Of a DNA stretch of 64,000 nt, positions 54,138 to 64,000 are shown in pieces (the stretch's first letter is position 1; each line of letters begins with the position of its first letter). Source of the DNA: an uncultured delta proteobacterium (GTDB lineage Bacteria > Myxococcota_A > Polyangia > Polyangiales > Polyangiaceae); assembly GCA_963850305.1 (NCBI GenBank), contig CAWKKR010000005.1, forward strand, positions 32,001 to 96,000, written 5' to 3'. The position numbers and the translations under genes are program-made. The notes under the pieces are model-generated. The model was given only the letters and a program-made list of their open reading frames with translations. It did not search any database and was not told where the DNA came from.

Positions 54138-55085
54138 ATGGTCGAATCCGAGCGCGCGCTTTCGCGGTGTTCCGCGCACGGGCTCAGCTACGACCCGCGC
54201 GTCGCGGCGGGGTGCGTCCTTTGCCAGCGGGAGCGACGCTCGAAGGCGGCGCCGAACGCGAGTGGGCGCACGTCCAGTGCGGTGGCGCTCGTCGCAGTGC
54301 TCGCTGTCATCTTCGGGGGGACGTGGTTCGCTTACTCGAAGGGGATCTGGGGAAATGTCGACGCGCCGCGCGTTGCGACGGTCTTCGATGCGGTATTGGC
54401 GCCGACCGCCCCGCCGAGTGCCACCAGTGCGGCTCGGTTGCCCGCCTTCGGCGGCGAATTCACGGCGCGGAACGCTTCCGGAAGGTCCGGCTACTTCTTC
54501 GTCCCGGCGCGGGCAAGCACCGGGGCACTGCCGCTGATGGTGCTGCTACACGGCACCGGAGGCGATGGGCGCGACATGATCTCGGCGTTCCGAGATCTCG
54601 CGGCAGAGCGCGGGTTCGTGCTCGCCGCACCGTCCTCCGACTACGTCGAGGAAGGGCATGCCTTCAACTGGCGCGTGGGGGATCACCCGAGGGACTTCAG
54701 CGACGACTACGATCACGTGCTGGCGTGCGTCGCGGAGATCCGAGCGCGCCGGGATCTGTCGATCGACCCAGCGCGCGTGCTGATCGCCGGTTTCTCGGGC
54801 GGCGCGAGCTCGGCGCCGTACATCGCGAGCAACGCCGAGCCGTTCACGGAGTTCGCGGTGCTCCACGGCGGCGTGTTCGTAGGTGGCATCGGGCCGCGGA
54901 AGGTCCCGGGCTGGTTCTCGACCGGTGACTCCGACCCCGCGCGTCCGCCCGCCCACGTGCTCGGGCACTTCAACAGCATGCAGCAAGCAGGCTTCGACGT
55001 GGTCTTCCGAACATTTCCCGGCGCGCACGTTCTCTCGTCGATCGAGAAGGACGCGCTGGTAGCGTGGTGGCTCGGGGACACATGA
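54138..55085 (+). CDS. membrane-anchored alpha/beta hydrolase (esterase-like)
   Basis: N-terminal CxxH..CxxC and TM; LLHGTGG, GFSGG nucleophile elbow, D and H (FPGAH). Confidence 0.8.
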   Translation: MVESERALSRCSAHGLSYDPRVAAGCVLCQRERRSKAAPNASGRTSSAVALVAVLAVIFGGTWFAYSKGIWGNVDAPRVATVFDAVLAPTAPPSATSAARLPAFGGEFTARNASGRSGYFFVPARASTGALPLMVLLHGTGGDGRDMISAFRDLAAERGFVLAAPSSDYVEEGHAFNWRVGDHPRDFSDDYDHVLACVAEIRARRDLSIDPARVLIAGFSGGASSAPYIASNAEPFTEFAVLHGGVFVGGIGPRKVPGWFSTGDSDPARPPAHVLGHFNSMQQAGFDVVFRTFPGAHVLSSIEKDALVAWWLGDT

Positions 55086-55193
55086 CAAACCAACCTCGAG
55101 CCGGTAAAAGCACCACACCTGGTGTCAGTGAGCAGTTTGAGGGTGTTTCTGAGGTATGATGGCACGCCATCGGAGCGTCGCTTAGAGCGCGGC

Positions 55194-55620
55194 TTAGAGT
55201 TCACGAGGGCATGAAGGCACGGTGGGCTTCTGAAACGGGCGCGCCTCCTGCTCGGTGTTCTGTGCGTGGGGTGCGCGCTTCAGCGGAGCGAAGAGGCGTG
55301 TGGGGTCGAGTACCGCTTCCGTGGCGCCGAGGGGTACGGGGAGACGAGGTGCGTCGATCCCGTGATCTCCTTCCGCCGCGGTGGCCCTTGTCTTTGCGAC
55401 CACCTGGATGGACGGTGGCGTGGTCGCACGCCTGGTACTCCCGCCCACCTCGGTGGTCGTCGTGCACGCGGAGTTCCCGGCTACGGTGGCCGGCGACTCC
55501 GGCACCACGCTCTTCCTCCACGACGAGTGCGGGCCGAGGATGCCATGGAATCGTAGTAGCGGATGACGCGGTGGAGGAATCAAAGCCGAAAGGCGCGCGA
55601 GCGGCTCGACCGGATCCATC
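55194..55620 (-). pseudogene. IS91-family-like transposase C-terminal remnant
   Basis: MDPVEPLARLSALIPPPRHPLLRFHGILGPHSSWRKSVVP. Confidence 0.65.
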
Positions 55621-55899
55621 ACGCGATGGCCGCACGTCTCGATAGTTTGCAAGTGCTGCATCGAGCAGATCTTGCAGCAGCGGCGCGGCGTTGTTCTTGA
55701 CTCTGCACGCATGGTGAGATTGGCCGTTGCTGAGCTCGAGTTTGCCGACACTCGCTTCCCGCACGTGCTCGCCGCGGCGCTGGATGGGAAGGGGGCGGTG
55801 CGCGCGTGCAGGGATTCGAGCCATTTTCGGGACCGTGCGCCTGCCGTCGATCGGGGAAATGGATGCGAGCAGCAGACGGTAGGATACTCCCCGGTCAAC

Positions 55900-56786
55900 G
55901 ACTGGATCGCGCGCCGGGCCAGCGATCAGCGTCTTCGCCCTGGTCACATCGAGCGCGCGTCGCGAGTGGTACGGCTCGCGGGGTCGAACGGCGCGGCCGA
56001 GACGGAACACCTTCTCTCGCGGGTCATGGACGGCACGCTCGCGGCCGAGGGCGCGCGCCCCGGCGAGGGCCGGTCCGCTCACGACGCCGTTCGCTACGAT
56101 CTCGGTCTGATCAACGCCAGCGTCGACCTCGAGAGCGTCGTTCAAGGGCTGGAGAAGAACCGCGCGGGCACGCTCTGCCTGCACGGACCTCCGGGTACAG
56201 GGAAGACCGCTTTCGTCACGCACCTTGCCGAACGGCTCGGCGTTCCTCTCGTCACGCGGCGCGCGTCGGACCTTCTCGGCATGTACCTCGGCCAGAGTGA
56301 GCAGAACCTTGCCCGCATGTTCCGGGAGGCAGAGGCGCAGGGCGCGCTCCTGTTCCTGGACGAGGCGGACGGCTTTCTTCAGGATCGTTCGCGCGCAACT
56401 CGCACGTGGGAGGTGACCCAGGTCAACGAGCTGCTCGTCGGCATCGAGCGCTTCCCCGGCATCTTCGCGTGCGCAACGAACCTCATGGACACGCTCGACC
56501 AAGCCGTCTTCCGTCGCTTCGCGCTGAAGATCCGCTTCGAGCCCCTGAGCAGCGATGGAAGCTGCTCGCGTCGGTCCTCGACGGCATGGGCGTCACGCTG
56601 CAAACGGGAGACGACGCGCGCCGCGTGCGCGCCGAGCTGGGACGTCTCGACTCGCTCACGCCGGGGGATTTCGCGGCGGTCGTTCGGCGCGTGCGGATTC
56701 TTGGGGGCGCACCCGACGCCTCCGCTCTCGTGCGCCGGGTGAAGCCAGGGGCGGGGAAGCGGAGGATGGGATTCGGAGAGTCATGA
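55900..56786 (+). pseudogene. AAA+ ATPase, 5'-truncated, frameshift near 56550
   Basis: HGPPGTGKT, LFLDEAD, ATNLMDTLDQAVFRRF; C-terminal RRMGF in a second frame. Confidence 0.75.
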
Positions 56787-56819
56787 AGCTTCGACGCACG
56801 TTGAGGTACCGGTTGTTCG

Positions 56820-57265
56820 TCAGCCCATGAGGGCTTTGCCAATGCGCGCGCGCACGTCCGCGACCATGGCAGCGTTCGTAATCCGGTAGCCCATCTCCCT
56901 CTTCGAGCCCCTGCCTGGCTTCGGGTTAAGTGACAGGAAGTTGAAGCTCGTGAGGATGACGTACTGGTCGTCGCAGATCACGATTTTCTCGTGTGTGTTC
57001 CCGACCTCCACGACGCGAAGGCGATTCCGCGCTCGGCTGCCCATCTCTCGGAGCCGTCGAAGCGCCTCCTCTTGATCGCGCACCGCTGGGTCCTGCCGCT
57101 TCGACGCGGCGTCGCGTTGATGCCGTAGCCGACTGTGATCCGGAGGTCCTTGTTCCGGTCGAGGCTCGTTCGAAGCCACCCGAGAAGCTCGTGGTCCACG
57201 GCTGCTGTGCGGAGCCACGGTGAGACGATGATGAGCTCCCGGCGGGCTTCGAGGATGTTCGGGCC
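56820..57265 (-). pseudogene. PLD (HKD) nuclease-like domain fragment
   Basis: ARRELIIVSPW..ITVGYG, then THEKIVICD..TSFNFLS..REMG across a frameshift; upstream sequence is unrelated. Confidence 0.7.
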
Positions 57266-57483
57266 CGTAGCAGCCTTTCGCTTCGTCGTAGGCGCAAGCA
57301 ACGACGGTGCGACAAGTGCCGTCGTCCGATGCGTCCGCCGTGCTCGTCGATCCGCCTAACGCCCCGCTGTCGCCCGCGGTGTCCGTCGAAGCGTCCATGC
57401 CGCCGCTGCCGCCCGACTGAGAAAGCATGATCCAAGGTCCCCTGGTGCGCCTGTACGTGTGCAGGCCGCAACGGCAGAAGAGG

Positions 57484-58326
57484 TCACGCCAGCCGCTCCA
57501 GCCCTCGCACGTCGTCGTCGGTCAATTCGAACCCGGTGCACGCGAGGTCTTCTCGCTGGTGATCCTCGCTCGTGGTCCCCGTGAGCGGGAGCACGCCGAG
57601 CTGAAGCGCGAGCCTGAAGACGATCTGTGCCCGCGTCCGGCCGAGCCGCTGCGCAACGGTCCCGAGTGCTTTCGAATCCATCACGCGGGCGTTCGCGGTG
57701 AGGAGGGAGAAGCCCTGATAGACGATATCGTGCTCGCGGCAGAAAGCGCGGACGTCCCGGTCCCACCCGGTGCTGGCGTAGCACCGGTTCTGCACGAACG
57801 CGGGCTTCACTGTCGCGTCGCGATGGAGCAGCTTGAGTTGCTCGACGGAAACGTTGCTCACGCCGAGCAGGCGTGTCCGGCCCGCCTGGGCCAGTTGCTC
57901 CATCGCACGCCACGCGGACCAGTCGTCTGCGGCGAGGCCGCTGCGGATCGACGGACCGTGCAGCACGTAGGAGTCGAGCATCGTCGTCTGCAGATGCGCG
58001 AGGGAGCTCTCGAACGACTCCTGGACCTGCGTCGCGATGTCCCTCGTCGGATCGTACGGTAGGCGAGAGTCCTGTCCGGCACGGAACGTGAATTTGGTCT
58101 GGATGAAGAGCTCGCCGCGGTCGATGCCGCTCTTTCGTATCGCGTCGCCCACGGCGGCCTCGAAGTAATGCTTGCGCTGGTTGGCCGTGTCGATGCCGCG
58201 AAAGCCCGAGCGGATGGCGAGAGTGACGAGCTTCTCCGTCGCCTCCTCCTTCCACGCCGTGCCGTAAAGAAACGGAGGGATTTCGACGTCGCGGACGGCG
58301 AGGGGCGATAAGGGTGCGGCGGTCAT
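57484..58326 (-). CDS. aldo/keto reductase
   Basis: LYGTAWK, GFRGIDTA, LDSYVLHGP, LGVSN. Confidence 0.92.
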   Translation of the reverse strand: MTAAPLSPLAVRDVEIPPFLYGTAWKEEATEKLVTLAIRSGFRGIDTANQRKHYFEAAVGDAIRKSGIDRGELFIQTKFTFRAGQDSRLPYDPTRDIATQVQESFESSLAHLQTTMLDSYVLHGPSIRSGLAADDWSAWRAMEQLAQAGRTRLLGVSNVSVEQLKLLHRDATVKPAFVQNRCYASTGWDRDVRAFCREHDIVYQGFSLLTANARVMDSKALGTVAQRLGRTRAQIVFRLALQLGVLPLTGTTSEDHQREDLACTGFELTDDDVRGLERLA

Positions 58327-58826
58327 GAGCGTGCTCGTGGGGAGCCTACCAGCCCGTGCCCGGTTGATGGTTGCTCGCCGCGAGTGACTGCTGAGTGCCC
58401 GCTGGGCGCGCGTGCGTTCGTGACCTGACGAAATTCGAGTGCATCATCGACGCTCGAGGATATCCCATGGATGAACGCAGGCTTGATCGCGCTAAGCGAT
58501 TCGAAGAATCGTTTCGCGTCACCGTCACGGGACCTGCTACCGCGGCGTCGCATACGTGAACTGATCCGAGATCGGCTGCTACATGAACGGTGTGGCGTGC
58601 GATCCTGGCACAACCATGGCACAACCACGTACGTGAACCTGTACAGGGAGGCGACTGCGACTGCCGGAACCTGCACGCCAGACGGGGGCGTCGTGTCGGG
58701 TTCCGTCACCACGAGCCAGGTGACCGTGTGCTGCAGGTAGTGGCGGCGGTGCGTACGCGGGGGTGGTCGGACTGATGGCCGGGTGCGAATCGCAGACGGC
58801 CTCGGGCCCATAACGCTTCCCGCGCA

Positions 58827-61124
58827 TCACCACACCACCGGCGTCGGCACGTCCCGGTTCGTCGTGGTGCGGTCGCCGACCTGACCGTAGTTGTTCGCGC
58901 CCCAGCAGCTCACGTTGCCGGTGCCGAGCAGCGCGCACGCCATGCCGATGCCTCCCACGATTTGCGCGTCCGGGGCGAGCCCGGACACCGGCGTGGGGAC
59001 GTGCCGGTCGGTGAACGTGCCGTCCGCGAGCTGTCCCTGGTTGTTGTGCCCCCAGCATTCGGCGCTCCCGTCCGTCAGAGTCGCGCAGCTGAATTCGTCC
59101 CCGACCGCGATGCGCTTGACGCCGGTCAGATTGGGCACGGCCGCGGGCGCGTACGCGGAGCTCGTCGAGTTATTTCCGAGCTCGCCGTTGGCGTTCAGAC
59201 CCCAGCAGTCGACGGTCCCGTCGCCGAGGAGCGCGCAGATGTGATTGGCCACCGCCACCTGCGTCACGGCGGTAAGACCTGGGACCGCCTGGGGCGCGAG
59301 GGCGTTGGAACCAGCGACGCCCGTGCCGATCTGACCCCACGAATTCAGACCCCAGCATTGCAGAGTGCCGTCGCTCATCAGCGCGCAGGTGTTCGACCCG
59401 CCCGCGACGATGGTCTTCACAGTGCCGGTGATGGTGACGGGCACGGGCGCGAGGTGGGGTTGCCCTGTGCCGTCGCCCACCTGGCCCCAGCTGTTGTCAC
59501 CCCAGCATTCGACTGCGCCCGTCGTGAGCAACGCGCACGAGTGATAAAACCCCGAGGTCAGCTGTGCGACGCCGCTCAATCCCGGTACCACCGCGGGCGT
59601 GCCGTGCGGTTGCCCGGTACCATCGCCGAGCTGCCCGTCCAGGTTCGTACCCCAGCACTGGACGGTTGCGTCGTTCATGAGTGCACACGTGTGCTGCGCG
59701 CCGGCCGCGATGAGCGTGACGCCTGTCAGGCCGGGGACGAGCCCAGGTTTCGCGCGGTTGTTGGTCGTGCCGTCGCCGAGCTCGCCATTCCCGTCGAAGC
59801 CCCAGGTGCTCACCGTGCCGTCGTTCAGGGTGACGAAGGGGTCGCCGTTCACCGAGAGCGCCGCCGCCGTCACGCAGGTCGAGTTGCTGCACGCCACGGC
59901 ACACGCGTGGTCGCAGGTGCCGCAGTTCTTCGCGTCGGTGTCCGGGTGCGAACAGACGTCGTGGCACATCACCGGACAGGTGCACACGCCCGCCTGACAC
60001 GTCGCGAGCGGATTGACGCCGAGGCACGTCGTGTTCACCGCGGGCTGATCGTCGATGACGCCGTTGCAGTCGTTGTCGAGGCCGTCGCACTTCGTCTCCG
60101 TGGCCTCGTAGTCGGGCGATGTATACGCGCAGGTCCACCCGGACGAGCCGCTGCACGTCGCGGTCGTCGCGCCCGCGCACACGCCGTCCGTCTTGCACGA
60201 GGGGCAGTCGACGGGATGGTCGTCGATTTTGCCGTTCACGTCGTTGTCGATGCCGTCGCACACCTCGGGGGAGGCGGCGAAGAAAGTCGCTGTTCCGAAC
60301 GCCGGTGACGAGCCCGTGGCCGCGAGCGAGAGCCCGTCCGAATTCACGCAGTAGTCGAACGCAATGCCGGACGCGGTCGTGACCTGGGTGCCGGAGACCG
60401 TTGCCGCCTCGGTGTCGTCGACCGTGAGGGTCCCTTCGATGTTGCAATCGCAGTCGCCGTCGGGGTCGCAGACCGGATCGCAGGTCGCCTTCACGCCCGC
60501 GGAGTTCAGCTGATCTGCCATCTTCGAGCACTGGCAGGCCGCGCAGTCGCCCGGGAGCGTGAGAAGCCCCGCGACCTTCACCTGCATCGAGAGACTAAGC
60601 TGTCCGTTTGCGAGCTCGAGCGACCCGGTGGTGGACTCGGGCGCCACGCCGAACACGGCCGTGCTGCACACCGAGCGCGCGTGCGTGAACAGGTCACCGA
60701 AGAGCTGCGCGGCGGAGGCGCACACGGTGCCGAGTCCCCACTTCGTGCCGTCGAGCTTGCCGCTGCACGCCGTCGGGGCGGGGCAGGTGTCGCTGTACGT
60801 GAGACCGGTCTTCGGAGTGGGCGGCAGCGTGCTGCGGTCGACGCAGGTCCCGGCATCCGCTCCCGACGACCCGCCCGCGCCCGCGGTGCCTCCGGTTCCC
60901 GTCGTCCCACCGATGCCGCCGGAACCACCGCTCGACGTCGATCCGCCGTTACCCGCCCCCGCGATGCCCGCGTCCGTCCCGCCTCGCGCGCCACCGGCGT
61001 CCCCTCCTCCGGTGCCGGAGCCGTTCTTGGAAGAACCACTCGAGCCGCATGCCGGAGCCACGGCGAGACCGAGGAGGGACAACGTGACCGTTGCGAGCGT
61101 CGCGCGAGCGCCGAAGTAAGCCAT
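58827..61124 (-). CDS. RCC1-repeat lipoprotein with Cys-rich repeats
   Basis: Lipobox APAC, Gly-rich linker, CDGIDND/CDGLDNDCNG repeats, six to seven CWG.N..GQ(L/V)G RCC1 repeats. Confidence 0.88.
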   Translation of the reverse strand: MAYFGARATLATVTLSLLGLAVAPACGSSGSSKNGSGTGGGDAGGARGGTDAGIAGAGNGGSTSSGGSGGIGGTTGTGGTAGAGGSSGADAGTCVDRSTLPPTPKTGLTYSDTCPAPTACSGKLDGTKWGLGTVCASAAQLFGDLFTHARSVCSTAVFGVAPESTTGSLELANGQLSLSMQVKVAGLLTLPGDCAACQCSKMADQLNSAGVKATCDPVCDPDGDCDCNIEGTLTVDDTEAATVSGTQVTTASGIAFDYCVNSDGLSLAATGSSPAFGTATFFAASPEVCDGIDNDVNGKIDDHPVDCPSCKTDGVCAGATTATCSGSSGWTCAYTSPDYEATETKCDGLDNDCNGVIDDQPAVNTTCLGVNPLATCQAGVCTCPVMCHDVCSHPDTDAKNCGTCDHACAVACSNSTCVTAAALSVNGDPFVTLNDGTVSTWGFDGNGELGDGTTNNRAKPGLVPGLTGVTLIAAGAQHTCALMNDATVQCWGTNLDGQLGDGTGQPHGTPAVVPGLSGVAQLTSGFYHSCALLTTGAVECWGDNSWGQVGDGTGQPHLAPVPVTITGTVKTIVAGGSNTCALMSDGTLQCWGLNSWGQIGTGVAGSNALAPQAVPGLTAVTQVAVANHICALLGDGTVDCWGLNANGELGNNSTSSAYAPAAVPNLTGVKRIAVGDEFSCATLTDGSAECWGHNNQGQLADGTFTDRHVPTPVSGLAPDAQIVGGIGMACALLGTGNVSCWGANNYGQVGDRTTTNRDVPTPVVW

Positions 61125-61693
61125 GATTCGTCATCTTGACGGCTCCGCTCGGCGTCCGTCAAACAGTGGCTCTGGGATGCCGTCTTTCGCGTTTGCGTGG
61201 CGACTACGTCGTCCGACGCGGGATCGGGTCGCGCGCTGCTGAACGTAATCCCTGAGAATCTGGATGGGTGCAGCAGGTGGCCGCGACAAATCTATGTGGC
61301 GGAACCGTGATCGTCGGCGGCGGAGAAAGCTCCCTGCCATGCGCGGCGCGTGCGCCGCCGCTTCGCGATCACGATGACGTCGAGCACGCATGCTTGCGAC
61401 CCGTGGACAATTCGTGGCAAAAACCCACGAAAAGCCACGCTTGTTACCACGCGTGAGCCACGCATCGAGCCACGTTTAAGCCTCGCGCATTACCTCGAAT
61501 TTCGATGTCGAACGGGCGCCGTAGAGGCTCTGGATCGCCCCGTTCTGCGTCATCTAGGCAATCAAAACGTGCGTGATAAGGATTCTTATGATCGATGACC
61601 GGTCCTCGGCGTGCCAGGCGAGGGGCACGTGCCGGCATCGAGAAGGGGAACACACGGGTTCGGCCCGCCGCCGCACATCTGCTGCACGCAGAC

Positions 61694-62272
61694 CTATTTC
61701 ATGCCGCAGGTCTGGCTGCTGCAAGGAAGAGTTCCCGCATCGGACGGGCACGGATGCAGCGGCGAGCAACTGTTCAAAGCAAGCGGTGCGAGGGGGACGA
61801 AGGAAGCACCATAAGCCTCGCAGGAATACGAGTTCTGCGATCCGATGAGCTTCCCGGGGGCGTCGTAGAAGTACGTGTTGCCGTTGTCGAAACCCGTGAC
61901 AACCACGGCATTGTAGGGGCCGCAGTGAGCGACACTTGCCCCCGATGTCGTGAAGCCGCACGCGGTGAACCACGACAGCGCCGAGGGCCAGTCGGGGGCA
62001 CAGGGCGGGTAAGTGTTCTGCGAGCACGCAGGTGGAGTAGTTCGGAGGCAAGGACCCGCATCAAAGCTGGCAGCAATGCCGGCGTCGACGAGGCCGGAGC
62101 CGCTGGAACCACCGCTTGATGCCCCTGCTCCCCCCGAGCCGTTTCGATATCCTCCGGTCGATGCGTCCGTGCCGACATCGACGTGCGTGCCGGTCCCGGT
62201 CGTCTGACCACCGCATCCCGCGACGAGTGAGGCCACGACGAGCCAGGAAAAGGCTTCTGCGGGAACAGTCAC
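61694..62272 (-). CDS. Cys-rich lipoprotein
   Basis: LVAGCGGQTTG lipobox, Gly/Ser linker; GTGA overlap with the upstream gene. Confidence 0.7.
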   Translation of the reverse strand: MTVPAEAFSWLVVASLVAGCGGQTTGTGTHVDVGTDASTGGYRNGSGGAGASSGGSSGSGLVDAGIAASFDAGPCLRTTPPACSQNTYPPCAPDWPSALSWFTACGFTTSGASVAHCGPYNAVVVTGFDNGNTYFYDAPGKLIGSQNSYSCEAYGASFVPLAPLALNSCSPLHPCPSDAGTLPCSSQTCGMK

Positions 62273-62985
62273 TGTGCGTGGCTTCGGCAAGCGCCCGTGT
62301 CGCATGTCGCGATGAATGACGACCCCGTCTTCCCCTCTTCATCTACGTCGGCGTGAAAACAGCCGCGTAGACCGCAGCCCGGGATGCAGGAGAGTGCCTG
62401 CGTGTTCGCGGCTACGAAGGCGGTCTCAGTGCCCTTGCGGACGCCCACCTTGGTTGTGCCGCAGCAGTCACCACGATCTGCGATCACGCAGTCGGCATCA
62501 GATGCGCATCTCTTGTCCGGCGTGTAGCTCGCCGCTGCGTCGCATCCAGTCATGGTGCCCCCGGCTCCATCCGATCCGCCCGCGTCGTGCGACGGCCCAC
62601 ACGAAGTTGGGCAGCACTGGCCTGGCGACGTGACCGGCTGCTCACCTGGACCACACGCCGGCAGGTTCGGGCAGTTTACGACGCCGCAGGGCTGGCATGA
62701 GGGACAGCACTGATCGGGTAACTGCACCGAACGGGTACCGGGAGCACATTCTCCGGCGAAGCACTCGCAGGTCGTAACGCTGGAGCCGCCCGTTCCCGAT
62801 CCGCCGGTGCCCCCCGCTGCGCGACCACCCGACCCTCCCACGCCCGAAGCGTCAGTGAGTGCCGCACCCGATCCTCCTCCTCCGACGACGCCGGGCTTGC
62901 TGATCCCGGTCGTCTGACCACCGCATCCGGCGACGGCCGTCGCGATCACGGCGATCATCCACATCGAAACTCGCGTGCGTGCCAT
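62269..62985 (-). CDS. Cys-rich lipoprotein
   Basis: AVAGCGGQTTG lipobox; QCCPSC, QCCPTSC, CASDADC..DCCG. Confidence 0.75.
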   Translation of the reverse strand: MARTRVSMWMIAVIATAVAGCGGQTTGISKPGVVGGGGSGAALTDASGVGGSGGRAAGGTGGSGTGGSSVTTCECFAGECAPGTRSVQLPDQCCPSCQPCGVVNCPNLPACGPGEQPVTSPGQCCPTSCGPSHDAGGSDGAGGTMTGCDAAASYTPDKRCASDADCVIADRGDCCGTTKVGVRKGTETAFVAANTQALSCIPGCGLRGCFHADVDEEGKTGSSFIATCDTGACRSHAQ

Positions 62986-63062
62986 GCGACGAACCCAAGA
63001 GTAGCAGTCCCCAGGGGGCCCTCGCTTGCTTCCGTCATCGCCGGCCCGCACACTTCACCGTC

Positions 63063-63758
63063 ATGGGCAGGGTGATCCTCGTCGGGGCGAGCACGTTGAT
63101 CGCGTTCATCGTATTCGGTTGCGGAGGCAGCACCTCAGGCAGCGGCTCCACAGGGTCGGGAGGCTCTCTCGGAACGGGCGGTTCCGTTGGATCTGGTGGC
63201 AGCCCTAATGGTGGAGGAAGCGGAACCGGTGGCTCCGTTGGATCTGGCGGCAGCACGACAACGGGTGGCGCCACCGGCTCCGGCGGGAACAGCGGAGGAA
63301 CCGATGGCGTCTCGCCGGCGAAGGCACGCATCGAGTTCACCGTTACGGGCGGTCCGTTTTGCCATCACGGTTGCGATGGACCGCCGTCGATCAACGTCGT
63401 GGACTCGGCGGGGCACGGGCTCGAACTGGGTAGCAATTGCTACGCGGACTGCAAGACGTGCAGCATCTCAGGTTGCCCGCCTGGCCCCTGCTCCCAGGAC
63501 GGCATCGTGACCGGAGCGAATCTGGATTGGGACGGCAACTACCTCGCGACTTCAACCTGCGGCGCGGGGACGTCGTGCCTCGAACCGGCAGCGGCACCGC
63601 CCGGTAAGTACACGGCGAGTTTCTGCACAACGCCTGGCAGACTCACAGGACCCGATGGCGGCTTTCAGCAGTGCGTACCAAGCGGCGCGGCCAAGTGCGG
63701 TTCAGTCGAGTTCGATCTTCCTTCAAGCAGTGTGGTGAAGGGAACGGTCGGGCCGTGA
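63063..63758 (+). CDS. Cys-rich lipoprotein
   Basis: IVFGCGG lipobox, TGGS linker repeats, Cys-rich C-terminal domain. Confidence 0.75.
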   Translation: MGRVILVGASTLIAFIVFGCGGSTSGSGSTGSGGSLGTGGSVGSGGSPNGGGSGTGGSVGSGGSTTTGGATGSGGNSGGTDGVSPAKARIEFTVTGGPFCHHGCDGPPSINVVDSAGHGLELGSNCYADCKTCSISGCPPGPCSQDGIVTGANLDWDGNYLATSTCGAGTSCLEPAAAPPGKYTASFCTTPGRLTGPDGGFQQCVPSGAAKCGSVEFDLPSSSVVKGTVGP

Positions 63759-64000
63759 TTTTCACAGGCAGGTCGCGCACCGGACGCTTCGTCCGCCGCT
63801 TCCGGCGTTTGTCGGGCCACGCCGTTCTCGTGGTGCTCGGTATCTCGCTGCCGTCGTGCACTCACGACCGACTGACCGTGAACTCACGGATATTCATGCG
63901 ATCGGGCAGCCATCTCACGTACCAGGGTGGCGGCTGTTCGTTCATTGAGTTGGGCGCCTTCGGTGCCCATGCCAAAGACCGCACAGCTACCGTGCAACTA

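Overview
GC-rich bacterial DNA whose gene content (Cys-rich lipoproteins with GCGG lipoboxes, many sigma54-type promoters) suggests Myxococcota, probably Polyangiaceae-like; the taxonomy is an inference. Many genes are broken by 1-bp indels concentrated in patches, most likely long-read errors. Three blocks. (1) 1-32.4 kb, a putative hypoxia/stress island: end of a group 3b-type [NiFe]-hydrogenase large subunit, maturation protease and hypAFCDE; FAD monooxygenase; two paralogous sugar-nucleotidyltransferases flanking a SbtB-like PII gene and a YbhGFSR-type ABC exporter; USP; osmC-dps-methyltransferase-metal ABC operon with an IS701-like element just upstream; SPFH; and ppsA-pdhABC-cmd-maoC/pta with no E3 gene. 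(2) About 34.2-40.8 kb, a foreign element abutting a 5'-truncated hybrid kinase: Zn-finger protein, RelE/ParE toxin-antitoxin pair, XRE HTH, AEP primase-VapE helicase, GTCTAC iteron cluster, ArsR and a small serine resolvase, with near-absence of GCGC/CGCG. (3) 41-64 kb: a ~12 kb teneurin-like (FN-plug/NHL/YD) gene with a long Cys-rich stalk, a Cys-rich C-terminal tip and a downstream membrane protein, then decayed IS91/AAA/PLD fragments, an aldo/keto reductase and Cys-rich lipoproteins. No rRNA, tRNA or CRISPR array was recognised.
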